Virus record (IMG/VR): IMGVR_UViG_3300043584_000003
Coordinates: 35,163 to 99,162 of that record
DNA from: a virus
Length of the DNA: 64,000 nucleotides
Reading direction: 5' to 3' (one strand)
A model generated the notes under the pieces. That model did not search any database. It was not told the origin of the DNA and saw only the letters and a list, made by a program, of their open reading frames with translations. Each line of letters starts with the position of its first letter. Position 1 is the first letter of the stretch. This document shows positions 10,296 through 20,347 of this stretch, in pieces. The translations under genes were made by a program, and so were the position numbers.

Positions 10296-10979
10296 ATGAT
10301 CTCCGTACTAGTGCCTACACGCAACCGACCGGACAACGTGCGACGTTTGCTCGAGTCGGCGCGCGCTACGGCGACCAGTGACGTTGAGTTTATGTTTTAT
10401 GTCGACGTTGACGACCCAAATCAACTTGACACGCTTAACGCGATCCACGCATACGACGGACACGTCGTCACCGGCGAGCGAATCGTCCTGTCTGAGATGT
10501 GGAATGTGTGTGCTAAGGCCGCGCTTAACGACGTCATGATGCATTGTGGCGACGACATTATCTTTCGTAGTAACGGTTGGGACCAGCGCGTGCTGGATAC
10601 GTTTGATGACTGCGATGATAAGATCTTGTTTGTGCACGGTAATGATCTCTCGCAGCAGGGTCAGCTCGGTACGCACGGCTTTTTGCACCGCCGTTGGACC
10701 GACGCGGTAGGATACTTTGTGCCACCGTACTTTAGTAGTGACATGAATGATCTATGGCTTACTGAGGTCGCTGATACGCTAGGTCGTCGCTGTTATCTTA
10801 GTGACGTTATCACCGAGCACATGCATCCGCTCTTCGGTAAGGGTGAGTGGGACCAGACTCATCAGGAACGACTCACGCGTCATTCACGTGATGATGTCGC
10901 TGCGCTTTATCAACGGCTCGCGCCGGAACGTGCGAACGACGTCGTCAAGCTTCAGGCGGTGATTAACGGCGATGGTTGA
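10296..10979 (+). CDS. Glycosyltransferase family 2 (GT-A)
   Basis: ISVLVPTRNRP start; VDVDD; CGDD (DxD-like). Confidence 0.85.
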   Translation: MISVLVPTRNRPDNVRRLLESARATATSDVEFMFYVDVDDPNQLDTLNAIHAYDGHVVTGERIVLSEMWNVCAKAALNDVMMHCGDDIIFRSNGWDQRVLDTFDDCDDKILFVHGNDLSQQGQLGTHGFLHRRWTDAVGYFVPPYFSSDMNDLWLTEVADTLGRRCYLSDVITEHMHPLFGKGEWDQTHQERLTRHSRDDVAALYQRLAPERANDVVKLQAVINGDG

Positions 10980-11625
10980 TGATCTACCGACGTGGACCGT
11001 TCTCGTAGCGACGCTCGGTCAACGAACCGAACGACTTAAGCGTCTGTTGGATGGCCTATTGCCGCAGACCGAGCGATACGACGGCGCCGTGCGCGTCTGC
11101 GCGTTGTACAACAACGGCGAGCGACCGTTGTCCGAGGTACGCCAGGACCTGATCGATGAGGCCACGACGGACTACGTCTCGTTCGTCGATGACGACGACG
11201 TCGTGCCCGACTACTTCGTCGATGAGGTATGCGCGCGGCTCGGTGACGTGGATTACGTCGGCTGGCAGATGCAATGTTATTCAGACGGCGTTTCGTTGAA
11301 ACCGACGTACCATAGCTTACGATATTCGTGCTGGTACGACGATGACGCGGGCTACTATCGTGATGTTAGTCATCTTAACCCGATTCGACTCCAGCTTGCA
11401 CGATGTGTTAGCTATCGAGGACTCGTGCCGCCGGAGGACGTCAGCTGGGCGACACAAATGCGACCGCATGTTAAGACTGAGGCATACGTTGATCGCGTCA
11501 TGTATCACTATCACGCATCGTCAGGCGACTCTACGTGGCGGCCGGGCACGGTATCGGTAAGAGACAGTGCACGTTATAACGTGTTACATGCTAACTTCTC
11601 CTATAATTTACGGAGTAGTACTTGA
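10972..11625 (+). CDS. Glycosyltransferase family 2 (GT-A)
   Basis: WTVLVATL; DYVSFVDDDD; PEDVSW. Confidence 0.8.
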   Translation: MVDDLPTWTVLVATLGQRTERLKRLLDGLLPQTERYDGAVRVCALYNNGERPLSEVRQDLIDEATTDYVSFVDDDDVVPDYFVDEVCARLGDVDYVGWQMQCYSDGVSLKPTYHSLRYSCWYDDDAGYYRDVSHLNPIRLQLARCVSYRGLVPPEDVSWATQMRPHVKTEAYVDRVMYHYHASSGDSTWRPGTVSVRDSARYNVLHANFSYNLRSST

Positions 11626-12560
11626 CTAGAACCGTGCTTGTCACCGGCGGCGCCGGATTCGTCGGCAGTCACCTCATCCAACGATTGCTTGATGATACCG
11701 ACTGGAACGTGATCAGCGTCGATTCGTTTCGCGGCGGTGGCGAGTTTATCAACCTACTCGACGCGTGCGGCTGGTCACGTGAGCGCGTCGTCTCGATAAC
11801 ACACGATCTCACGATCCCGTTTACCACCGCGCAGCTACGTTTTCTTGACGAGCGCGAGGTCGACGCGATCGTCAACGTCGCATCGCGTTGTCACGTTCAG
11901 GAGTCGATCGTCGGTCCGGTCGACTTTACGCTGAACAACACGCAGCTGATGATCAACATGCTACACGCGGCGTACGGCCTAGCCGTCGATCGATTCATTC
12001 AGATGTCGACCGACGAGGTCTACGGTCCGCATCAGCCGACGACCGACCAAGATTATCAGCCGTCGAGCCCGTACGCCGCGTCGAAGGCGGCGCAGGAGAT
12101 ATTCGCTCACGCATGGCGGCGTACGTATGAACTGCCGGTGACCATCGTGAACAGTGCCAACATGATCGGCGAGCGTCAGCGCGCGGACGCGTTCCTGCCG
12201 ATCGTTGTGCAGCTGGTCCGCGACGGCTTTACCGTTCCGGTGCACGCCAAGGAGGACGTCGTCGGTAGTCGAAACTACTCGTACGTCGGCAACGTCGTCG
12301 ATGAGCTGGTCGCCGAGCTGCGACGTGAACATCCAAGCGAACGGATCAAGCTTGACGGACAAGCCACGCTGTCCAACATAGAGCTCGTTGAGGAGATCGG
12401 TAAGATCGTTGGTCGCGAACCTCGCTGGACTAAGGTCGATGGTGATCAGGTTCGACCCGGCTATGATCAACTGTACCCGAAGCTCGGCGGTGAGTGGCAA
12501 CCAGCCGTGCCGTTCAGTGACGCACTGCGGCGTACCGTGCGGTGGTACCTCGATCAATGA
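11622..12560 (+). CDS. NAD-dependent epimerase/dehydratase (dTDP-glucose 4,6-dehydratase-like extended SDR)
   Basis: VLVTGGAGFVGSHL, STDEVYG and YAASK motifs. Confidence 0.9.
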   Translation: MTRTVLVTGGAGFVGSHLIQRLLDDTDWNVISVDSFRGGGEFINLLDACGWSRERVVSITHDLTIPFTTAQLRFLDEREVDAIVNVASRCHVQESIVGPVDFTLNNTQLMINMLHAAYGLAVDRFIQMSTDEVYGPHQPTTDQDYQPSSPYAASKAAQEIFAHAWRRTYELPVTIVNSANMIGERQRADAFLPIVVQLVRDGFTVPVHAKEDVVGSRNYSYVGNVVDELVAELRREHPSERIKLDGQATLSNIELVEEIGKIVGREPRWTKVDGDQVRPGYDQLYPKLGGEWQPAVPFSDALRRTVRWYLDQ

Positions 12561-13129
12561 ATGCCATGAGTGATCGAGTGACGCGAAGGTTAACACCATA
12601 CGAGCGGCATGCTGAGACGTACGACTGGGCCGGTTTGCAGGTACGTGAATACGTGACCATGCGGTATCCGATCGATATACAGGTACTTGACGTCGGCGCC
12701 GGTCGCGGTAAGTATCGTGACCTGTTGCCTGAGTATCCGAACATCGATGCCGTTGAGATATACCAGCCGACCGTCGACGAGGAAAACCTACGCGAACGCT
12801 ATCGCACCGTGTTCGCCATGGACGTCGCGATGTTCGCCGATAGTGCGCATGAGAAATACGACGTCATCATCATGGGTGACGTACTGGAGCACATGGAGAC
12901 TAACGACGCGCACGACGTTCTCGATCTGTTTATGGATGACGGCAGTGATGTCGTCGTGATCGTGCCATACCTCTTCCCGCAGGACGAGGAAGATGGTAAC
13001 GTACATCAACGTCATGTGCAGGACGACCTAACGCCTAACATCATGATGGTGCGATACCCCGAGCTGCAGCTCGTCGCGTTGGAGACGCGTGCCTGGCGTC
13101 CGTATAAGGGTATGTACATAAGGGAGTGA
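12557..13129 (+). CDS. Class I SAM-dependent methyltransferase
   Basis: VLDVGAGRGKY motif I; DVIIMGDVLEHM; start placed at the ATGA overlap. Confidence 0.85.
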   Translation: MNAMSDRVTRRLTPYERHAETYDWAGLQVREYVTMRYPIDIQVLDVGAGRGKYRDLLPEYPNIDAVEIYQPTVDEENLRERYRTVFAMDVAMFADSAHEKYDVIIMGDVLEHMETNDAHDVLDLFMDDGSDVVVIVPYLFPQDEEDGNVHQRHVQDDLTPNIMMVRYPELQLVALETRAWRPYKGMYIRE

Positions 13130-13132
13130 CGC

Positions 13133-14347
13133 GTGATGAGTATAGGCTGGGTTGGGCTCGGTAAGCTCGGTGCGCCGTGCGCCGCTGCGTTGTCGTTTAG
13201 CGGCAATCATGCGGTCTGGGGATACGACGTGCGGGGCGTCGACCCGGATAGCTACGACTGGGGCGACCTACCGCCGATCGAGCTGTGTGACTCGGTCGGG
13301 AAGGTCGTCGGTGAGACCGATGACGTCGTGTTCGTTGCGGTTCAGACGCCTCACTCGCCGGCGTACGGCGGTGAGATGGTCGCGCCGGACGAACCACGTG
13401 AGTTTGAATACGCATATCTGATTAACGCCGTACGTCAGGTCTGTCGGCAGGCGATGACGCAGCAAAAGAATATCACGCTGGTCGTGGTCTCGACCGTCCT
13501 GCCAGGTACGTTCGATCGCTACCTGCGACCGCTGCTGAACGAGTACGTCACACCGGTCTATCATCCGTTCTTCATCGCGATGGGCACGGTCGTTCAAGAC
13601 TTTATCGAGCCCGAGCTGACGTTGTTCGGCGTGGATCATGAGTCGCACGCCAAATCGGTTCACGAGCTATATCGTCCGATTCATAACGCACCCGCACCGA
13701 TGATGTCGATCGCGTCGGCCGAGCTGACCAAGGTCGCGTACAACACATACATCTCGATGAAGATCGTGTTTGCCAACACGATGGGCGAGATGTGCGAGGC
13801 GACCGGCGCGGACGTCGACGACGTCTCGTACGCGCTGTCGTTCGCGACGCAGCGGATCATGTCTAACGCGTACCTACGTGCCGGCATGGGAGACGGCGGC
13901 GCGTGTCATCCGCGTGACAACGTCGCGCTGTCCGCGCTGGCGCAGCGACACGGGCTGTCCGTTGACCTGATGGGTTTCCTGACGCGCGCCCGCGAGGCGC
14001 AGACGCGACGACTGGCTGAGCTCGTCGCGCACTGGGAACTGGTGGCGCAAAAGCACGTCGTCGTGCTGGGTACCGCGTACAAGCCGAACGTGCAGCTGGT
14101 CGACGGTTCACCAGCGCTGTTGCTCGCCGAGTATCTTCGTGAGCTGAACGTTAAGTTCACGCACGTGGATAACATCGAGCAGATCGTACCGTCGTTGTCG
14201 CGATCAGCACGCGTGTTTGTCATCGCTACGGCGCATGATGAATTTGCTGAGTTTAACTATCCAGCGGGGAGCATTGTGATCGATCCGTTTGGAATCATGA
14301 GCGCTTCGTCGGATATCATGCTTGTGACACCGGGACGAAAGCGATGA
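13133..14347 (+). CDS. UDP-glucose/GDP-mannose dehydrogenase family protein
   Basis: VGLGKLG Rossmann motif; ELTKVAYNTYISMKIVFAN; catalytic GGACHPRD; LGTAYKPN. Confidence 0.92.
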   Translation: MMSIGWVGLGKLGAPCAAALSFSGNHAVWGYDVRGVDPDSYDWGDLPPIELCDSVGKVVGETDDVVFVAVQTPHSPAYGGEMVAPDEPREFEYAYLINAVRQVCRQAMTQQKNITLVVVSTVLPGTFDRYLRPLLNEYVTPVYHPFFIAMGTVVQDFIEPELTLFGVDHESHAKSVHELYRPIHNAPAPMMSIASAELTKVAYNTYISMKIVFANTMGEMCEATGADVDDVSYALSFATQRIMSNAYLRAGMGDGGACHPRDNVALSALAQRHGLSVDLMGFLTRAREAQTRRLAELVAHWELVAQKHVVVLGTAYKPNVQLVDGSPALLLAEYLRELNVKFTHVDNIEQIVPSLSRSARVFVIATAHDEFAEFNYPAGSIVIDPFGIMSASSDIMLVTPGRKR

Positions 14348-14991
14348 CGACCGTCGCGGTATGCATTCCGACGATTCCCGGACGCGAGGCCATGCTTCAG
14401 CGCGCAACGCGCTCCGTTGCCGAGCAGACGCGGCCGGTCGACGCCGTGGACGTAGCGCTCGACTCGGTCGGTGAGGGTGCTGCGTCAACGCGCAACCGCG
14501 CATGGCAGATGACGTCGGCCGACTGGGTCGTGTTCCTTGATGATGATGATACGTTTAAACCCGAGCACGTCGAGCATCTACTAGGCGCTGCTGAGGACGC
14601 TAACGCTGACCTGGTGTATCCGTGGTTTGACATCGTGAACGACGTCGGCATAGTAATGAACGATCGCGATCCACTACGCATCGTTGTCAACGGTGAGCTC
14701 GTGACGCCGTTCGGATTGCCGTTTGCGCAGACGCACGTTGAGGAGCTGTACCAGCGCAACAACTTCATTCCGATCACCGTGCTGGTTCGTCGCCAGTTGC
14801 TTGAGGAGGTCGGTGGCTTTCCGGCGTTGAACAGTCCCGAATGGCCCGAGAACTGCTGCGAGGATTGGGCATTGTGGCGACGATTGCTTGACGTGGATGC
14901 GACGTTCACACACCTGCCGGAACGCACATGGAACTGGATGTGGCATGGTCGTAACACATCAGGACGTTCGTGGCGTCAAACCGGAGTGTGA
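14344..14991 (+). CDS. Glycosyltransferase family 2 (GT-A)
   Basis: VAVCIPTIPGRE; WVVFLDDDD; EDWALW. Confidence 0.88.
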   Translation: MTTVAVCIPTIPGREAMLQRATRSVAEQTRPVDAVDVALDSVGEGAASTRNRAWQMTSADWVVFLDDDDTFKPEHVEHLLGAAEDANADLVYPWFDIVNDVGIVMNDRDPLRIVVNGELVTPFGLPFAQTHVEELYQRNNFIPITVLVRRQLLEEVGGFPALNSPEWPENCCEDWALWRRLLDVDATFTHLPERTWNWMWHGRNTSGRSWRQTGV

Positions 14992-16100
14992 CTGTGAACG
15001 ACGAACCGCGTGTCATCGTTTATCCAGCGGATCGGTATGGGTGCGGAGCGCATCGGCTCATTTGGCCAGGTGAGACGCTCGCAAGTCAAGGACATGACGT
15101 TCGAGTCGTTACGCAACAGGAACGACACGTTGAGATGATCCTCGACGATCGCACCGATACGGTTGCCGACGTCACGATCCCGGACGGCTACGACGTCGTC
15201 GTGCTGCAGCGTGTTACTCATAAATATCTGACGCAGGCGATCGATATCATTCGTGCTAAGGGCGTCGCCGTTGTCATTGATATCGATGATGACCTGTCGG
15301 TGATTCATCCGGACAATCCAGCATGGACGATGCTTCATCCACGGCATGATGAACAGTATGTAGGAAAGTCATGGAAGCACTCGTGGCGTAACCTCGGTGA
15401 GGCGTGTCGCAAGGCAACGCTCGTTGTTTGTACCACGCCAGCGTTGGCTAAGCGATACGGCGCGAGCGGTAACGCGGTCGTCATTCCGAATTATCTCGCA
15501 TCGCACTATTACGGTATCGCGCACGATGATTCGGAGCTGCTTGGTTGGCCGGCATCGCTTCAGTCACATCCCAACGATCCGGGCGTCGTCGGAAACGCGG
15601 TCGCGCGACTGATCAATGCTGGGCATCGGTTTCACGTACTAGCAACCGCCAGCGGTGTCGCATCGGCGTTTGGTACGACGGATGATCGTGTGACGCATGC
15701 GGCGGATCTGATCTCACTAGAGGATTGGCCGATGCGAGTGAGCCAGCTTGGTGTCGGTATCGCGCCGCTCGCGGACACTAAGTTTAATGCTGCTAAGTCC
15801 TATCTTAAACCGCTTGAAATGAGCGCTGTCGGCGTTCCCTGGGTCGGTTCGCCGCGCGCTGAGTATCGACGACTACATCAGCTGGGTTGCGGACTACTAG
15901 CCGACCGACCAAAGGATTGGTACCGCGTGCTACGTAGCCTGCTGACGGACGCGTCGCGCCGCGCCGAGCTATCCGACGCTGGCCGCGACGTCGCGGCGCA
16001 GCTGCGACTAGAGGACCACGCATGGCGGTGGTGGGAAGCCTGGTCGGACGCGCTGAATCGTCAGCACGGTCGTGCTCATGCCGTGACCGTCATTACGTAG
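14988..16100 (+). CDS. Glycosyltransferase family 4 (GT-B)
   Basis: DVVVLQR...DIDDDL; GVGIAPL...FNAAKSYLKPLEMSAVGVPWVGS; start placed at the GTGA overlap. Confidence 0.85.
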   Translation: MTVNDEPRVIVYPADRYGCGAHRLIWPGETLASQGHDVRVVTQQERHVEMILDDRTDTVADVTIPDGYDVVVLQRVTHKYLTQAIDIIRAKGVAVVIDIDDDLSVIHPDNPAWTMLHPRHDEQYVGKSWKHSWRNLGEACRKATLVVCTTPALAKRYGASGNAVVIPNYLASHYYGIAHDDSELLGWPASLQSHPNDPGVVGNAVARLINAGHRFHVLATASGVASAFGTTDDRVTHAADLISLEDWPMRVSQLGVGIAPLADTKFNAAKSYLKPLEMSAVGVPWVGSPRAEYRRLHQLGCGLLADRPKDWYRVLRSLLTDASRRAELSDAGRDVAAQLRLEDHAWRWWEAWSDALNRQHGRAHAVTVIT

Positions 16101-16206
16101 GATTGATGCCGACGAGCCAGCCGTAGCCGCAGGCCACGAACGTCGCGATAGCTAAAATGGACACGATGATGCGAATAATTATGACATATGTGCTCACGCG
16201 GATCAT
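16093..16206 (-). CDS. Small hydrophobic peptide, 37 aa (not in ORF track)
   Basis: MIRVSTYVIIIRIIVSILAIATFVACGYGWLVGINPT with AGGT just upstream; one predicted TM segment. Confidence 0.35.
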   Translation of the reverse strand: MIRVSTYVIIIRIIVSILAIATFVACGYGWLVGINPT

Positions 16207-16245
16207 ACCTAATTGCTAGTAGTGCGTGATGTGAGACGACGCGAC

Positions 16246-16278
16246 TCACCGCGTCGCTACATCGTATCGACGCGGTGA
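16246..16278. terminator. Hairpin between convergent transcription units
   Basis: TCACCGCGTCG-11 nt-CGACGCGGTGA perfect 11-bp inverted repeat where the + and - arms meet. Confidence 0.55.
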
Positions 16279-16296
16279 CGCGGTGTCGCGCGTCGG

Positions 16297-16908
16297 TTAC
16301 GTGGTAATCCGCTGACTCACGTAACGTCGTCGTGCTTCGAGCAGATCAATGACGGATGCCTCGTTGATAAGATCGGTGCGTGATCGTGTGACCGTGCCAA
16401 GCAGTTCACGCATCAATCCATCGATGAAGTCACGCTTGTACCGGTATGCCAGCAGCAGATCGGCTTGTCCCTGCATGTGATGGTGATTCCAGTACCAGCT
16501 CAACGCGCTCGTCGCCTGTTGCACAATCGACGCACCGAACAGATGAAGTAGATCGACGTCGTCCTCGTATCCGACCAGCGTCACCGTGTCATATTCGTGT
16601 CCGACGACATGTCGAGCATCGACGAGCTGGAACGCGGCAAGCACGCGCTGCGTACCGCGTCCGATCGATCGACGGTAGTGCCCATCAACCAAGAGGGTCT
16701 CATCGAAGATCTCACCGGCGGTCAGATCGCCCTGCAGCTCGGCGTGCCGCGCGTGACGAAGCGAGTTCGTGATGATCATGGATGCGGCTTGATACAACAT
16801 GACATCCGCGTGTTGGTTCCGATAGTTCTGGTATCGAGTACGAAGCTGCCGCGCCTCACGAAGTATGTTCCTGACCGTCTTGGTCGTGTCGTCGGTTACG
16901 TTCGTCAT
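16297..16908 (-). CDS. Hypothetical protein, DUF2786-associated family-like
   Basis: KTVRNILREA...LVGYEDDVD...QATSAL...RDFIDG pattern recalled for this family. Confidence 0.4.
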   Translation of the reverse strand: MTNVTDDTTKTVRNILREARQLRTRYQNYRNQHADVMLYQAASMIITNSLRHARHAELQGDLTAGEIFDETLLVDGHYRRSIGRGTQRVLAAFQLVDARHVVGHEYDTVTLVGYEDDVDLLHLFGASIVQQATSALSWYWNHHHMQGQADLLLAYRYKRDFIDGLMRELLGTVTRSRTDLINEASVIDLLEARRRYVSQRITT

Positions 16909-16949
16909 GATTATTCTCTCTCGTTCCTAGTGTCTTTTGTGATTCGTTC

Positions 16950-17360
16950 CTACGTGTCGTTGTCGTCGTTGTCGTCCGGCGGGACCGAAACGTCCCATGA
17001 TATACCGCACGCGATGCAGACCTGGTCACGGCCGAGCGTTATGACCTCGTCTGAGCCGCAGCCTGGGCATCGTTGACGGCTACGACGCTTGAGCAGCAAA
17101 CCACGTTGGTAGCCCGTCATGCCGCCGTAGACACCGAACTCGATCCGGTTGGCCAACGCGTAGCCGAGGCACTCGGAACGTACCGGACACATGCTACAGA
17201 TCACCTCGACGTCAGGCGACACGTACGGTGGTTCGTCCTCGGTGTCGGGCATCGTTTCGGGAAAGAATAGCGAATCTTCACGATTACGACAACCGCTCCG
17301 GTGACGCCAGTCATCCTCTGATGCGCCTGTAACCATGAGATGCTCTATGATCGCCGTCAT
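16950..17360 (-). CDS. whiB: WhiB family transcription factor
   Basis: C...LFFP...C.MCPVRSECLGYAL...GVYGGMT (4 Cys plus G[V/I]WGG-like motif); extra C-terminal CPGC...CIAC zinc ribbon. Confidence 0.9.
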   Translation of the reverse strand: MTAIIEHLMVTGASEDDWRHRSGCRNREDSLFFPETMPDTEDEPPYVSPDVEVICSMCPVRSECLGYALANRIEFGVYGGMTGYQRGLLLKRRSRQRCPGCGSDEVITLGRDQVCIACGISWDVSVPPDDNDDNDT

Positions 17361-17381
17361 CGTTGATCTCCGTTCGTTCCG

Positions 17382-17879
17382 TCACGGCGCGCTGGCACCT
17401 CGCTTTGTCGGTACCAGCCAGTACATGCTACCTTCCTCGTCGGCGACCAGCACGTGCCCCTCGTTGTTCGTTCCGAGCTCCTCGAACACTCGAGGAGATG
17501 AGGCGTTTGTTCGCGTTAGTTGCGGTTGCCCCGCTGGCGTTGGCGTCGCCGCTGGCGCCGCTGGCGCCGCTGGCGCCGCTGGCGCTACCGGTGCCGCTGG
17601 CGCGGTCAACTGGTCGACCGGAACCGTTGCGCCGTTCGCTGGTTGCGGCGCGTCAGTCAGCACGGTAGACGTCCCGGCGTATCGCCACGCGTTGCCGTGA
17701 ACTACAACCTCTATTTGATCGTTGAGCAGTGGCGTCGTCCTTCGCATGTTGTAGACGCAGTTGATGATCGACTTACGCCCTACGTTGAGCTCTCTTGCGA
17801 GATCGTCCGCGTACATGATCTTACCCGGGTGATCGGTGAACAAACGAAGCAGTTGGTGACGAAACTGAACAGCCATCAC
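17382..17879 (-). CDS. Winged-helix DNA-binding protein with Pro/Ala-rich linker
   Basis: MYADDLARELNVGRKSIINCVYNMRR HTH-like segment; (APA)n low-complexity linker. Confidence 0.5.
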   Translation of the reverse strand: MMAVQFRHQLLRLFTDHPGKIMYADDLARELNVGRKSIINCVYNMRRTTPLLNDQIEVVVHGNAWRYAGTSTVLTDAPQPANGATVPVDQLTAPAAPVAPAAPAAPAAPAATPTPAGQPQLTRTNASSPRVFEELGTNNEGHVLVADEEGSMYWLVPTKRGASAP

Positions 17880-17886
17880 GTCCTCC

Positions 17887-18801
17887 TCAACGCATCTTGG
17901 GGAACGTCTCCGAGTTCAGCGTCGACGGCACGCGCAGCAGTCGCAGCGGTTCGTCGGCTCGCCACTTGTTCCACGAGTGAACAACCAGGTACAACTGACC
18001 GAGCTGACGGAACCGCGTACCGTGCGTTCCGGCGCCTCGGCTGCCGAATCTGTTGCGCAGCGTCAGGATCGGATGATGCTGCGGCAGCTCGTCACCGAAC
18101 GTCAGTTTTTCGAAGAAGAAGTCCCGCGCGTTGACGTCCAGCGCGCCGGCCTCGACGTACGCCGCGACGAGCGCGGACATCGGCGCACGCGCGATCTGCG
18201 TACGAATCTTCATGACGCGCTGGCAGGCTTCGATCAGCTCCGGCGTGGATTCGACGAGCATGACGATCTCGGGAATCGTCGGCTGATACTGACTGTTCAT
18301 GATGCTGCCGGAGCGCCACTTGAGCAGCAGCTTGGCGCCGGCCGCCGCGTTCGTTGTGTTCGACGAACCGCGAATGGTCAGCTGGTCACGTGCGGTACGC
18401 GAACGACCGATGTCGGTGACCAACTGGACGTCGCGTGCGGCTTCACGTAGCACGGCAAGGTGCTGTGCGATGCCAGACTTGATGATCGCCAGCAGGCGGT
18501 GTTGACCATCGATCACGAAGTCGTCGTCGTCGATCTTGACCGGATCACCGGTGAAGTACCAGTGGCCATCCGTCATGTCGCGTGCCAGCTTCAGCACGTG
18601 CGGCATCGATACCTTGCGATTGCGCGCGGCGTTAGCCGTCACGAGCAGCCGCGCCAGCGATTCCACGGTGACGTTCGCCGGTCGGAACGTTTCCGCCTCC
18701 TCCGACGACAGCAGCCCGTGCACCAGCATGGTGGTCGCGGTCCGTGGATCGATTCGCTCGACGGTCAACCGATCGCTGAGCTTTTGCGTAGCCCTAGTCA
18801 T
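17887..18801 (-). CDS. ParB-like/DGQHR-motif domain protein
   Basis: NRKVS...LARDMTDGHW...GDPV...VIDGQHRLLAII; start moved to ATG 18801 behind a GAGGAAG RBS. Confidence 0.7.
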   Translation of the reverse strand: MTRATQKLSDRLTVERIDPRTATTMLVHGLLSSEEAETFRPANVTVESLARLLVTANAARNRKVSMPHVLKLARDMTDGHWYFTGDPVKIDDDDFVIDGQHRLLAIIKSGIAQHLAVLREAARDVQLVTDIGRSRTARDQLTIRGSSNTTNAAAGAKLLLKWRSGSIMNSQYQPTIPEIVMLVESTPELIEACQRVMKIRTQIARAPMSALVAAYVEAGALDVNARDFFFEKLTFGDELPQHHPILTLRNRFGSRGAGTHGTRFRQLGQLYLVVHSWNKWRADEPLRLLRVPSTLNSETFPKMR

Positions 18802-18853
18802 ATCTTCCTCACTTCCTTTGATCATCTTACCTAGCGATGACGACACAACATTT

Positions 18854-19798
18854 TTAACTAGCAAGTAGCGCCGTTGCGACCTTGTTGGTGTAGCGGGCAC
18901 CGTCGCCGTCCAGGCTGTCCGTGAACAACGACTGAGCGGTCCGCGTGGCGGTCGACCGACCCCACTGGAAATACTCACTCACGGTATTGACCGCACCCCA
19001 GCCGGTACCCGCGAAGCCCACGGTCGGCCGACCGGCGACGGACAGGATCTGATCGATCATTTCGTCACGACGTGCCAGCGTCGGACGTAGGACGTGCTTG
19101 AGCACGATCCGCAGTCGCTGAGGCGTGACCCGAACGTTGACGAGCTGCTCGATGCGATTACCGATCACCTCAGCGTATCGCGCTGAACCCGTGAGAACGC
19201 GCTGCGCCTCCTGCAGCTTTTGCATCGGATCACCGATGTGACGCACGTTCCAACGTTGCGGTGCGTCCTGGGTCAACGACGGCAGCGTGAGCTGGTTCAT
19301 GCACTTGTCGCGTAGCGTGATCACCGCGACCTCGATCGCCTTTGAGAGATCGTGCGACGTTCGCACCATGACGTACAGCTGATGCGGATCAGGTTCGCCA
19401 GCGGGTGCGATGTCGATCGTCTCCCGGCCCGGCAGCTGGATGATCAAGAAGCCTTGCTTGCCGTCGCGTAGCGTGCCCGCTGAGACGTAGCGCGGATTGA
19501 TCTCGTCGAGAAAGCCGAACGCGTCGCCGTACTGCACGACGCGGTAGTCGTCGCTGACGATGGACATCCACTGCGGATGCGCGGAATCGGTCTGGTTGAC
19601 CAGCGCGTGCCGGGTTGGGATCTCGTGGTACTCGTCCTGATCGTCGCGGTAGAACGTAGGAAATCGACTGACGTCGAAATCAAGCCCACCCAGCTTGGCT
19701 GCCTCGGCGGCGGTCACGTGCGGATCGTCGATCGTACGTCCGATCTTCATCCACGGTAGGTGGCGAGCAGAGAACGTCGTACTGCCGTCATTGGTCAT
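18854..19798 (-). CDS. DUF932/DUF945 phage/plasmid-like protein (TIGR03299-like)
   Basis: LPWMKIG...AAKLGGLDFDV...YRVVQY..AFGFLD...SHDLS...CMNQL...GTGWGAVNTVSEY. Confidence 0.8.
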   Translation of the reverse strand: MTNDGSTTFSARHLPWMKIGRTIDDPHVTAAEAAKLGGLDFDVSRFPTFYRDDQDEYHEIPTRHALVNQTDSAHPQWMSIVSDDYRVVQYGDAFGFLDEINPRYVSAGTLRDGKQGFLIIQLPGRETIDIAPAGEPDPHQLYVMVRTSHDLSKAIEVAVITLRDKCMNQLTLPSLTQDAPQRWNVRHIGDPMQKLQEAQRVLTGSARYAEVIGNRIEQLVNVRVTPQRLRIVLKHVLRPTLARRDEMIDQILSVAGRPTVGFAGTGWGAVNTVSEYFQWGRSTATRTAQSLFTDSLDGDGARYTNKVATALLAS

Positions 19799-19988
19799 CG
19801 TTCATCCTTTGATCGCGTAGTTCCTAGTACGGACGCTACCGTACGCCTGCGATCTTTGGAACGATCTAGCCCGGCGAGTGCCTGGCTCAGAATAAGCGTT
19901 ACGTCGCCCGTTCGTTCGTTCCGTCCGATCCAGACCAGTCTAGCACAATTATCAAGATCATACGATTACAATCTGGTAACGGGCGATC

Positions 19989-20013
19989 GACCTCGTCGGT
20001 GATCGACGAGGTC
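19989..20013 (-). terminator. Hairpin downstream of 20032-20322
   Basis: GACCTCGTCG-GTGAT-CGACGAGGTC perfect 10-bp stem. Confidence 0.5.
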
Positions 20014-20031
20014 AACCACGTCCCATTACCG

Positions 20032-20322
20032 CTACGCGGTGACGCGCCATAGGTGACGAACATCACCATCGGTGACCTTCTCGACCTTGGCGTCGCGGCG
20101 AAGACGCCACAACGACAGGTACACGTGCGTGTCCTTGAGACCCAGATCTTGCGCCAGCTGCTCCTTGGTGCGCGGACCGTTGCCCAACGCCTTCAGGATG
20201 ACCTCGTCGCGCTGGATCGTCTCCTCCGATCGCGGTCGTCCCCGACGCGTCGTCGGTTGCCCGACCGTGTCCGTTGCCGTGGGTTCGGTCGAATCAGAGA
20301 ACTCCATGATCGGTTCCGACAA
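20032..20322 (-). CDS. Small HTH DNA-binding protein with AT-hook-like motif
   Basis: RRGRPRS followed by TKEQLAQDLGLKDTHVYLSLWRL. Confidence 0.65.
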   Translation of the reverse strand: MSEPIMEFSDSTEPTATDTVGQPTTRRGRPRSEETIQRDEVILKALGNGPRTKEQLAQDLGLKDTHVYLSLWRLRRDAKVEKVTDGDVRHLWRVTA

Positions 20323-20347
20323 GACGATGCCTCCTAGCTCATATTTC

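Noticed and set aside
17540-17600. (GCCGCTGGC)n 9-bp tandem repeat
   Set aside because: It encodes the APA linker of the HTH protein; ordinary coding low complexity.
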